Shown one piece after another: positions 14,026-22,481 of a stretch of DNA of 64,000 nucleotides. The notes beneath the pieces are model-generated. The model did not search any database. It worked only from the letters and a program-made list of their open reading frames with translations, and was not told where the DNA came from. How positions within the stretch are numbered: position 1 is the first letter of the stretch; each line of letters starts with the position of its first letter. Where the stretch lies: NCBI GenBank assembly GCA_963708365.1, contig CAVPSM010000011.1, forward strand, positions 251,807 through 315,806, written 5' to 3'. Made by a program: the position numbers and the translations under genes. This DNA is from an uncultured Actinomycetes bacterium. GTDB taxonomy: Bacteria; Actinomycetota; Thermoleophilia; Gaiellales; JAICJC01.

Positions 14026-14980
14026 CCCGCCTCGACGCCGACGACGAAGTCGATCGACGGGTCGAGGATCTGCTCGATCAACGTCTCGTCGGGCGTCACA
14101 CCCATCTCGCGGCAGCGATTGCGGTAATGCCGCACCTTCATGGTCTGGTACTTGTCGAGGTCGAGCCCGGGCACCGCCTTCTGGTACTCGACGAGGCCGA
14201 CGATGTTGCCGCGATAGGCATCGAAGACCTCGTGCACCGCCTCCTCATAGGACGGATCCTTCTCGATCAGGATCCTGCAGGCCATCGTGCCGAACGTGAT
14301 GTGGCGACCCTCGTCGGAGAGGATCAGGCGAAAGCCGCGGGTGAGCGCGGGGAACCCATTCCACCGCTCGGTGGTGTCGATCACGATCTCGTACGAGGGC
14401 ATCGTCAGGACGCCCTCGACGAACCCGTTGTACGCGGCCGAGAACTGGACGAAGGCTCGCTCGACGTCGGCGTCCGAGCCGGAGTGCACCGCCTCCATCA
14501 GCCGGCCGCCGTAGTCGGGGAGCGCCTCGTACATCACGTCGCGAACGGTGAACCGGCCCGTGGGATCGACCGTCGCACCGCGGACGAGGAAGTGCTGCGC
14601 GACCTCCTCGGGGTCGAGCACACCGACCACGTGCTCGTGCCAGCGCATGAAGAACTCCGCGTGCTTCGCCTCCTCCATCAGGAAGGTCGACAGAAACATC
14701 GTCCAGTCGAACCGGCGCAGCCGGTGGGCTCGGCGAGCATCGGCACGAGCTCGTCGGTCACCGCCTGCTCGCCGGCCAGGAACCGCACGGTGACGCCCAG
14801 AAGTCCGGCTCGCTGCTGCGGCGTGATCCGCTTCCAGTCGAGCGCATCCTGGCTGAAGTCGATCTCGTCGACCGTCCAGATCTTGCGCATCGCCTTCTCG
14901 TACTTGCGATAGATCGGCCCGGCGAGCATCTCGCGGGAGAAGTGGAATCGAGCGACGACGCTCGGGTCGGGGACGGCCAC
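14022..14980 (-). CDS. R2-like ligand-binding oxidase (ferritin-like Mn/Fe di-metal protein); one frameshift near 14730
   Basis: IDFSQDALDW, FLAGEQAVTDEL, EEAKH, YNGFVEGVL and DEGRH motifs, split over two frames; GGAGG RBS. Confidence 0.8.
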
Positions 14981-15021
14981 GGGAACCTCCTTCGATCGGC
15001 GTGCGCGACGAGCCTACACGA

Positions 15022-15044
15022 TAAACGCTGATCTTAGAGGTTTA
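15022..15044. promoter_or_regulatory. Candidate FadR/GntR operator
   Basis: Inverted repeat TAAAC-N13-GTTTA just upstream of a TAGGCT -10 of the oxidase operon. Confidence 0.4.
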
Positions 15045-15058
15045 GCGCCTCCGACGTC

Positions 15059-15361
15059 TCACATGACCGGCGGCGGCGCGAACGATCCGAGATGGTGGAT
15101 GCGGTCGAGCCCGACGCTTCGCAGCTCGAGCGCCCGCAGCCAGGCCGAGTGGAGCTCCGTCCTCGGCAGATCCAGGCCGGGGCCGAGCGGGCGGAACGAT
15201 CCGAGGCCGTATGCGCGATCGAGGGCGCGGCCGCGCAGCACGAGCGCCTGCTCCCATGCCGGCACCGTCCGGTGGGTGACGTTCGCAGCTGCCGGCACGC
15301 TCGCCGCGCCGAGGGCGAGGGCGGCCGCGATGGTCGCGGCTACGTGGGCGGGTGCTCTCAT
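15059..15361 (-). CDS. Small secreted protein with two internal repeats
   Basis: AAGGAG RBS, signal peptide, and repeats AWEQALVLRGRALDRAYGLGSF / AWLRALELRSVGLDRIHHLGSF. Confidence 0.7.
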   Translation of the reverse strand: MRAPAHVAATIAAALALGAASVPAAANVTHRTVPAWEQALVLRGRALDRAYGLGSFRPLGPGLDLPRTELHSAWLRALELRSVGLDRIHHLGSFAPPPVM

Positions 15362-15412
15362 GGTGTCGCTCCTTCTGGTCTCGGTGGGGACGCCGGGATG
15401 CTGGCCGCACCG

Positions 15413-15440
15413 GGTAAGTCGGAGATCAGCGCTAGGTAAA
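15413..15440. promoter_or_regulatory. SARP/OmpR-type phased direct repeats
   Basis: GGTAAG (15413), GATCAG (15424) and GGTAAA (15435) at an 11-bp period between the divergent genes. Confidence 0.5.
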
Positions 15441-15466
15441 CCGCTGCCACGGTGGTAGAAACAGCC

Positions 15467-17275
15467 ATGCAGTACCGGATCCTGGGGCGTCTCGAGGCCG
15501 TCCGGGACGGCGCGCCGCTGCCTCTGGGCGGCTTCCAGCAGCGTGCGCTGCTGGCGATGCTGCTGATCGCCCGTGGTCGCACAGTCTCGCTCGACAGGCT
15601 GGTGGATGAGCTGTGGCCGGAGCAGCCGCCGAAGGCAGCAATCCGCACCGTGCGCGTCTACATCTCCCAGCTGCGTAAGCTGCTCGGCGAGGACGAGGTC
15701 GAGACCCGCGAGCGCGGGTACGGCCTGCGCCTGGGGCCGGACGCCCTCGACGCCGACCGCTTCGGACGGCTCGTGGACGATGCGCGTTCGAGCGCGGCGG
15801 CCGGTGACGCCACCACCGCCCGGACGCAGCTGCAAGGGGCGCTCGACCTGTGGCATGGGGCGGCCCTGGCCGAGTTTGCGCCCGCCGGCTTCGCCGCGTC
15901 CGAGGCGGCCCGCCTTGAGGAGCTGCGGGTAGGGGCCGTCGAGGATCTGGTCGACATCCAGCTGTCGGAGGGGGCGTCGGCGGCCCTGATCCCACGGCTC
16001 GAAGAGCTGCGCGCCTCCAATCCGCTGCGGGAGCGCGTCACCGCACAGCTGATGACCGCCCTTTACCGCGCTGGGCGCCAGGCCGACGCCCTCGCCGCCT
16101 ACGAGGGTACCCGCCTGGCCCTCGACGAGCTCGGCCTGCAGCCGGGCGAGGAGTTGCGTCGCCTCCAGCGCCAGATCCTCCAGCACGACGGCGCGCTCGA
16201 CGAGGCGTCGCCGCAGCCGCCCCCGACCACAGCAATGCGCGCCGGGACACCGCGGCGGTGGTGGCTGCTGATCGCCGGACTGGCGGCGGCGGTCGTGGCG
16301 GCCGCCGCGCTGGCGTCTTCGCCTGGTGACAAGGGATCTTCAGTGCAGACGGACACGCGTTCCCGCCCGATCACGCTCGTACTCGGCGGGCGGCCTCCGA
16401 AGGCTCAGACCGCGCCAGATGACCTCCAGGACACGATCGCGTCGGACGACCTGAACGGGCTCAGATCGGCGGCCAGGGCCTACGGCGCCCGCGTCCGCGT
16501 CGCCTACGGCAACTACAACGCGAACCTGACTCGTGCGGCTGCCCGCTCGAGTGTTGTGCTGCTCGGCCCCGGCTTTGATGACCTCGGCGAGCTGGCGGCC
16601 GTCACCCGCGCCCATCCGCGCACGGTCTACGTCCTTATCGGCGGGTCGATCCACGATGCCCCGTTCGGCCCGAACGTCGTCGGCATGACGTTCGACGACC
16701 ACGAGGTCGGCTATCTGGGCGGATACCTCAGCGCGCTCATGGCCCGGCGCGGGCATCCATCCGCCGTCGCAGGGCTGCCGACGCCGGAGGTGGTGAAGAT
16801 CGTCCGTGGTTTTGAGGCGGGCGTGCGGGCCGCGGCGCCGCGCATGTGGACGCAGGTCTCGTATGCGGGCACCTTCGTCGACCAGCCGGTCTGCGAGCAC
16901 GTCGCCAACCGGCAGATCGACGGCGGCTCGACGGTCGTGTTCGACATCGCCGGCACCTGCGGATTCGGCGCCATCGACGCCGCCGGCGTCCGCGGTGTCA
17001 ATGCGGTGGGGATCGACACCGACCTCACATCGCTCGGGCCGCAGGTGATCGGCTCCGTCGTAAAGCGGTTCGACAGCGCGGTCGAGCTCTCGGTCCAGCT
17101 GGCGGTGCACCACGACCTTCGCGCCGGGCGGGATACCGTGCTCAACCTCGGGAACGACGGGGTCGACGCGGTCAGCCTCGGCTCCCAGGTTCCGGCAGGG
17201 GTCCGGACCAAGCTGGAGCGCGTGATCACCGCGCTGCGCGCCCGCGACGTGGCCGCCAATCGCACAGGGACATGA
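15467..17275 (+). CDS. SARP-family regulator (wHTH + BTAD) fused via a TM helix to a BMP-family ligand-binding domain
   Basis: YRILGRLE, PLRERVTAQLMTALYRAGRQADALAAY and LGLQPG motifs; TM segment WWLLIAGLAAAVV; BMP-like GYLGGYLSA, GIDTD and SVVKRFD motifs. Confidence 0.85.
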   Translation: MQYRILGRLEAVRDGAPLPLGGFQQRALLAMLLIARGRTVSLDRLVDELWPEQPPKAAIRTVRVYISQLRKLLGEDEVETRERGYGLRLGPDALDADRFGRLVDDARSSAAAGDATTARTQLQGALDLWHGAALAEFAPAGFAASEAARLEELRVGAVEDLVDIQLSEGASAALIPRLEELRASNPLRERVTAQLMTALYRAGRQADALAAYEGTRLALDELGLQPGEELRRLQRQILQHDGALDEASPQPPPTTAMRAGTPRRWWLLIAGLAAAVVAAAALASSPGDKGSSVQTDTRSRPITLVLGGRPPKAQTAPDDLQDTIASDDLNGLRSAARAYGARVRVAYGNYNANLTRAAARSSVVLLGPGFDDLGELAAVTRAHPRTVYVLIGGSIHDAPFGPNVVGMTFDDHEVGYLGGYLSALMARRGHPSAVAGLPTPEVVKIVRGFEAGVRAAAPRMWTQVSYAGTFVDQPVCEHVANRQIDGGSTVVFDIAGTCGFGAIDAAGVRGVNAVGIDTDLTSLGPQVIGSVVKRFDSAVELSVQLAVHHDLRAGRDTVLNLGNDGVDAVSLGSQVPAGVRTKLERVITALRARDVAANRTGT

Positions 17276-17454
17276 GCTGCCAGCCAGGGCGATTCACGAC
17301 GCGGGCTTCTTGAAACGGTTCGTGAACCGCGCGCGTTTTACGAACCCTGTGGCTGGGAGTGGGAGCGCGGTAGCTGCCCGCCGCTGAGCGGTTTATTGCG
17401 GCTGCTCAGCGGCTCCATGGCGTGCGGATCGCCACAACCTGTCCGGACGCCTCG

Positions 17455-18075
17455 CTACGCCGACCCCGCCACCGCATGGCAGCGATCTTCGCGGAGGCAT
17501 TCGCGGGTTTCGCGGTAGGCGATTGTCTGCACCATGGAGCGGACGGGCACGTCGTCGTAGCGTTCGAGGATTGAGTCCGCGCAGGCGCGGATCTCGTCGG
17601 CTGGATGCGCGTCGCCGAACTCGCGGGCGAGGTCGGGGAGCATCCGCGCGAGTCGGACTTGGTGGGCGGTGCGGTTCTCGCGGACGCCGTCGAGCCTGTG
17701 GTCGATGAAGTCGCGGACGCGGTCTTCGATCTCGTCGCGAATGGCGCGCACCTCCTCCGTCGAGCGGCCGTGCGGGTCGGGGATGTCCCAGTCGTCGACG
17801 CGGGTAGGCACGTATGGGCAGGCGCCGCCGCAGCCGAGCGTGATCGCCCAATCGGCGTGCAGTTGCATCTCCAGATCGAGCTTCTTGGGGCGTTCGCGGG
17901 AGATGTCGATGCCGACCTCGCGCATCACCTCGACGACCTCGGGCCATGGTGTGGCAGCGGGTTCCTGGCCGGCGCTTTCGGCGCGGACATCCGCGGGGGC
18001 GTACGCGTTCCAGAAGGCCTGGGCGATCTGGGAGCGACCGGCGTTGTGGGTGCAGACAAACAGCACGTACTTCAT
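17455..18075 (-). CDS. arsC: Arsenate reductase ArsC with a C-terminal three-helix-bundle extension
   Basis: VLFVCTHNAGRSQ, LGCGGACP and DWDIPDP, then an ~70-aa helical tail ending VPVRSMVQTIAYRETRECLR. Confidence 0.82.
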   Translation of the reverse strand: MKYVLFVCTHNAGRSQIAQAFWNAYAPADVRAESAGQEPAATPWPEVVEVMREVGIDISRERPKKLDLEMQLHADWAITLGCGGACPYVPTRVDDWDIPDPHGRSTEEVRAIRDEIEDRVRDFIDHRLDGVRENRTAHQVRLARMLPDLAREFGDAHPADEIRACADSILERYDDVPVRSMVQTIAYRETRECLREDRCHAVAGSA

Positions 18076-18482
18076 GTCGCTTCCTCCTTTGCCGTTGCGA
18101 GCTCGACGGCGAGGGCGTCGACCCGCTCGCCGATCTGGTCGCGGATGCGGCGCACGTCGGCGAGCGGCCGGCCGGCGGGGTCGTCGAGCTCCCAGTCGAT
18201 GTAGTGCTTGGCGGGGACGTACGGGCACTCATCGCCACAGCCCATGGTGATGACGATGTCCGCCCACCCCATGTCGTCGGCGTCGAGCTTGTGCGGGCGC
18301 TTCCCAGCCAGGTCGACGCCGAGCTCGCCCATCACCTCGACGACCTCGGGGTGGACGTGCTCGGCGGGGCGGCTCCCCGCCGAACGAGCTTCATTGCCGC
18401 CCGTGGCGGCGCGGTCGAACAGGGCCTGGGCGATCTGAGAGCGACCGGCGTTCTGGATGCAGACAAACAGGACGTGGCTCAT
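18072..18482 (-). CDS. arsC: Arsenate reductase
   Basis: VLFVCIQNAGRSQ, MGCGDECP and DWELDDP motifs. Confidence 0.9.
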   Translation of the reverse strand: MSHVLFVCIQNAGRSQIAQALFDRAATGGNEARSAGSRPAEHVHPEVVEVMGELGVDLAGKRPHKLDADDMGWADIVITMGCGDECPYVPAKHYIDWELDDPAGRPLADVRRIRDQIGERVDALAVELATAKEEAT

Positions 18483-19186
18483 GCCGCCTCCCGCGCCGGT
18501 TCGGCGTCAGGCAGCTCTGCGGGCCGGTCGACGACGTCCCCGCGGAGGAACTGGTAGGTGAACGCTCCGACGGCGGCTCCGACGAGTGGCGCGGCCAGGT
18601 ACACCCAGATTGCGGTGTAGGTGCTGGATGCGATCGCGGGGCCGAGGCTGCGGGCCGGGTTCATGCTGGCGCCGGTGATCGGCCCGCCGAACATCGCGTC
18701 CAGGCCGACGGTGGCGCCGATCGCGATCGCCGCCGCCTCGCCGACCGCGCGCGTGTCGGTGGCGACGGCCATGATCACGAACATGAGCAGGAACGTCAGC
18801 ACGCCTTCCCACAGGAACGCCTGTCCGTCAGACCCGGACGGAAGCGTCGCGCCGACGTGGGCGATGTTGCCGAGCGAGCCGCGAAGGACGAGGGCCGCGG
18901 CGAGTGCACCGGCGAGCTGGGCCGTCCAGTAGAGCGGGACGCGCGGCCAGGGGAAGTGGCGAGAGATGGCGAACGCGAAGCTGACGGCCGGGTTGAAGTG
19001 CGCGCCGGAGATGTGGCCGACGGCGTAGATCATCACCATGATCACCAACCCGAAGCTGATCGCCACGCCGACGTGGCCGAGCGCCCCCGTCTTCGCGTCG
19101 ACCATGATCGCGCCACACCCGGCGAAGACGAGCGCGAAGGTGCCGACCACCTCCGCAAGAAGCGCCCGCGCCAGCCGCACGTCCAT
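18479..19186 (-). CDS. MIP/aquaporin channel (AqpS-like arsenite channel)
   Basis: HISGAHFNPAVS and GASMNPARS NPA motifs; located inside the ars operon. Confidence 0.9.
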   Translation of the reverse strand: MDVRLARALLAEVVGTFALVFAGCGAIMVDAKTGALGHVGVAISFGLVIMVMIYAVGHISGAHFNPAVSFAFAISRHFPWPRVPLYWTAQLAGALAAALVLRGSLGNIAHVGATLPSGSDGQAFLWEGVLTFLLMFVIMAVATDTRAVGEAAAIAIGATVGLDAMFGGPITGASMNPARSLGPAIASSTYTAIWVYLAAPLVGAAVGAFTYQFLRGDVVDRPAELPDAEPAREAA

Positions 19187-20007
19187 CAGCAGCAGCCCGC
19201 CCTCGTCGCCGGCTCGATCACCGGCAGCCCTTTGGCCCCGGGCTGGGTCGTCTTCTGGGCCTTGACGATCGCGCCATACATCCCGTCGGCGACCTCGTGC
19301 GTGAACACGACGGAGACCTGCTCGAGGCCGGCGGCTTCGAGGCCGGCCTCGTACTCGGCCTTCGATAGGGCGCCTGCGATGCAGCCGACGTAGCTGCCGC
19401 GTTCGGCGCGCTGCTCGGCCTTGAGCTCGTCGTCCGCGACGATGTCGCTGATGCCGAGCCGTCCGCCCGGCCGAAGCACCCGGCTGATCTCGGCCAGCAC
19501 CGCCGGCTTGTCCGTGGAGAGGTTGATCACGCAGTTGGAGATGACCACGTCGACCGAGTCGGCGGGAAGCGGGATCTGCTCGATCAACCCCTTCAGGAAG
19601 TGGACGTTTCGAACGCCCGCGTCGCGGGCGTTCTGCTGCGCCAGGGCGAGCATCTCGTCGGTCATGTCCACGCCGTAGGCGGTGCCCGTTTCGCCGACGC
19701 GCTTGGCGGAGAGGATCACGTCGATGCCGCCGCCCGAGCCCAGGTCGAGCACGGTCTCGCCCTCGTGCAGGTCCGCGACCGCGGTCGGGTTGCCACAGCC
19801 GAGCGAGGCGAGCACAGCAGCATCAGGAAGCTCGTCGCGCTCCTCGGCGGCGTACAGCGCCTCGCCGAACCTGCCGCGTTCGGTGTTGTCCGCGCAGCAC
19901 TCGCCCGACCCACACGCACAACCGGCGCCTTCGCCGCGAACGACTCGGGCCGACTCGGCGTATTTCGACCGCACCTGCTCGCGCAACTCATCCGCACTTG
20001 TCGTCAT
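19186..20007 (-). CDS. arsM: Arsenite S-adenosylmethionine methyltransferase
   Basis: SLGCGNP, VLDLGSGGGID, ISNCVINLS and GCIAGAL motifs; C-terminal CC. Confidence 0.92.
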   Translation of the reverse strand: MTTSADELREQVRSKYAESARVVRGEGAGCACGSGECCADNTERGRFGEALYAAEERDELPDAAVLASLGCGNPTAVADLHEGETVLDLGSGGGIDVILSAKRVGETGTAYGVDMTDEMLALAQQNARDAGVRNVHFLKGLIEQIPLPADSVDVVISNCVINLSTDKPAVLAEISRVLRPGGRLGISDIVADDELKAEQRAERGSYVGCIAGALSKAEYEAGLEAAGLEQVSVVFTHEVADGMYGAIVKAQKTTQPGAKGLPVIEPATRAGCC

Positions 20008-20348
20008 CAGCAACACGCTCCCTTCAGATCCGCCACGGCAGCCAACGTCTCGACGGCCTCGGGCCGAAGCGAGAAGTACGCCCACTTGCCCCGCTGCTCG
20101 CGCTCGAGCAGTCCGGCGTCCGTCAGCTTCTTCAGATGATGCGAGACGGTCGGCTGCGACAGGCCCAGCGGCTCGATCAGATGGCACACGCACACCGGCT
20201 CGCCAGTCGTGGCAAGCACGTTCACGATCCGCACCCGAGCCGGGTCGGAAAGCGCCTTGAATACATCCGCCGTCGCCGCCGCCTGCTCATCCGAAAGCGT
20301 CGCAGCGGCCAACGGACCGCAACAGGAAACGGCCTCGACCGCGCTCAC
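20007..20348 (-). CDS. arsR: ArsR/SmtB family repressor
   Basis: SCCGP, FKALSDPARVRI, VCVCH and SQPTVSHHLKKL motifs; C-terminal CC. Confidence 0.92.
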   Translation of the reverse strand: MSAVEAVSCCGPLAAATLSDEQAAATADVFKALSDPARVRIVNVLATTGEPVCVCHLIEPLGLSQPTVSHHLKKLTDAGLLEREQRGKWAYFSLRPEAVETLAAVADLKGACC

Positions 20349-20482
20349 GGCCTCCCCCAACGCAACGCCTTGTCGCGCGCATCGGCAAGCACCGCCTCGC
20401 GGCGACACGCAGCGTCGCACACACTCCCGCAGCCATCGCAGAAGTCGACCACCAACTCCCTGTCCCTTCGGAATCTCAGCAC
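20345..20482 (-). CDS. 45-aa Cys-rich peptide (C-x2-C-x3-C-x3-C), first ORF of the ars operon
   Basis: AGGAGG RBS 6 nt before GTG; translation MLRFRRDRELVVDFCDGCGSVCDAACRREAVLADARDKALRWGRP; stop overlaps the arsR start (GTGA). Not in the ORF track. Confidence 0.75.
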   Translation of the reverse strand: MLRFRRDRELVVDFCDGCGSVCDAACRREAVLADARDKALRWGRP

Positions 20483-20501
20483 GATTCGCCTCCTACGTTA
20501 T

Positions 20502-20535
20502 ATCGACTGACGTCAATGTATCGAAGGAAGTCGAT
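20502..20535. promoter_or_regulatory. Tandem ArsR operator boxes
   Basis: ATCGA-N6-TCAAT-GT-ATCGA-N6-TCGAT directly upstream of the ars operon RBS. Confidence 0.7.
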
Positions 20536-20657
20536 TCATGCAAACTTGCGCGGACGCCCGGGCTCGCGCTCGCGGCCCCCTTGAGAGGGTGCCTTACACC
20601 CTTAGTGGTCGTCAGTGACCGGGAGTGATTCGAGAGACGCCGGCGGGCGCCGGGCCG

Positions 20658-22481
20658 CTACTCGACCGTGACGGTCTTCGCCAGGTTCCGCGGCTTGTCG
20701 ACGTCGAGGCCGCGGCGCGTGGCGATGGCGTAGGCGAGCTGCTGCAGCGGCAGCACCGCCAGCACGGGCTGGAGCTCCGGCTCGGTGCGCGGCAGGTAGA
20801 GCACGTGCTCGGCCAGCTCGCGGATGCCCTCGTTGCCCTCGGTCGCGACCGCGATCACGTGGGCGCCGCGGGCACGCACCTCCTCGATGTTCGACACGAC
20901 CTTCTCGTAGACGTGCCCGTCGGTCGCGATCACGACCACCGGCGTCGAGTCGTCGAGCAGCGCGATCGGGCCATGCTTCATCTCCCCGGCGGCGTACGCG
21001 TCGGTCGAGATGTAGGAGATCTCCTTCAGCTTGAGCGCGCCCTCGAGCGCGATCGGCAGGCCGATGTTGCGGCCCAGGTAGAGGAAGAACTCGTTGCCGG
21101 CGAAGCGGTCGGCGATCGGCTCGACGAGCTCGCCCCGCTCGAGCGTCTGCCGAACGAGGTCGGGGAGCGACCGCACCTGGGTGAGCAGCGTCTCGGCCCG
21201 CTCGCCGGTGACGGTGCCCCTGATCGTGCCCAGGCGCAGCGCGAGCAGGTAGAGCAGCGTGAGCTGCGCGGTGAACGTCTTCGACGCGGCGACCCCGATC
21301 TCGAGCCCGGCCCGGGTGTAGAGCACCGAGTCGCACTCGCGCGTCATCTGGCTGCCCATCACGTTCGTGATCGCGAGCACATGCGCGCCACGTGCGCGGG
21401 CCTCCTTCATCGCCGCGAGCGTGTCGATCGTCTCGCCCGACTGAGCGATCGCGATCACGAGCGTGTTCTCGTCGATCACGGCGTGGCGGTAGCGCCACTC
21501 GCTGGCGATGTCCGACTCGGACGGGATCCGTGCCCACTCCTCGAGCAGGTAGCGGCCGACGAGGCCGGCGTGGTACGACGTCCCGCAGGCCAGGAACACG
21601 ATCCGGGAGAGGCCGCGGATCTGCTCGTCGGTCAGGTTCAGCCCGTCGAGCTGGAGCTGCCCGTGGTAGAGCCGCTCACCGATGGTCTCGGCGATCGCGT
21701 CGGGCTGCTCCCAGATCTCCTTGAGCATGAACGTGTCGTAGCCCTGCTTCTCGGCAGCGTCTTCGTCCCACTCGACCTCCTGCACCTCGCGCTCGATCAG
21801 GGTGCCGTCGCCGGAGAGGAACGTGGCGCCGTCGGTGCGGGCGACGACGATCTCATCGTCGAACACGTGCTGTACCTTGCGCGTCTCGGCCAGGAACGCC
21901 GGGATGGCGGAGGCCATGAACATCTCGCCCTCGCCGACACCGACGACGAGCGGGCAGCCGCGCCGGGCGGCGACCAGCACACCGGGGCTGTCCTGGTGGG
22001 CGACCGCGAACGCGAAGTGCCCGTCGAGCCGCTGGTACGCCTTGTGCACGGCCTCGACCAGGTCACCGTCGTAGCACTCCTCGACCAGGTGGGCGATGGC
22101 CTCCGTGTCGGTGTCCGAGTGGTAGACGTGGCCGGCCTCGGACAGCTCGCGCCGCAGCGCCGCGTAGTTCTCGATGATGCCGTTGTGGACGACGGTGACG
22201 CCCGAGCCCTCGCAGGCCTCGATCGGGTGGGCGTTGGCTTCGATCACACCGCCGTGCGTGGCCCAGCGGGTGTGGGCGAGACCGGTCGTCGCCGGATGCG
22301 ACGACTCGCCGACGGCGTCCCGCAGCACGGCCACCTTGCCGACGCGGCGGGTGATGTCGGCACGGCCGTTGATCAGGCAGATGCCGGCGGAGTCATAGCC
22401 GCGGTACTCCAGCCGCTCGAGCCCCGTCAGCAGCAGCTCCTTGCACGGGCGCCCACCCACATATCCGACGATCCCGCACAT
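20658..22481 (-). CDS. glmS: Glutamine--fructose-6-phosphate transaminase
   Basis: MCGIVGY, LEYRGYDSAG, HTRWATHG and PRNLAKTVTVE motifs. Confidence 0.97.
   Translation of the reverse strand: MCGIVGYVGGRPCKELLLTGLERLEYRGYDSAGICLINGRADITRRVGKVAVLRDAVGESSHPATTGLAHTRWATHGGVIEANAHPIEACEGSGVTVVHNGIIENYAALRRELSEAGHVYHSDTDTEAIAHLVEECYDGDLVEAVHKAYQRLDGHFAFAVAHQDSPGVLVAARRGCPLVVGVGEGEMFMASAIPAFLAETRKVQHVFDDEIVVARTDGATFLSGDGTLIEREVQEVEWDEDAAEKQGYDTFMLKEIWEQPDAIAETIGERLYHGQLQLDGLNLTDEQIRGLSRIVFLACGTSYHAGLVGRYLLEEWARIPSESDIASEWRYRHAVIDENTLVIAIAQSGETIDTLAAMKEARARGAHVLAITNVMGSQMTRECDSVLYTRAGLEIGVAASKTFTAQLTLLYLLALRLGTIRGTVTGERAETLLTQVRSLPDLVRQTLERGELVEPIADRFAGNEFFLYLGRNIGLPIALEGALKLKEISYISTDAYAAGEMKHGPIALLDDSTPVVVIATDGHVYEKVVSNIEEVRARGAHVIAVATEGNEGIRELAEHVLYLPRTEPELQPVLAVLPLQQLAYAIATRRGLDVDKPRNLAKTVTVE

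Noticed and set aside
14022-14980. Ribonucleotide reductase beta subunit (nrdB/nrdF)
   Set aside because: The motifs fit R2lox better and there is no alpha subunit or nrdH/nrdI nearby.
20540-20700. Tn7-like element at the glmS att site
   Set aside because: No tns genes, terminal TGT/ACA ends with TnsB repeats, or target duplication were seen; only a short AGGGTG/CACCCT hairpin.
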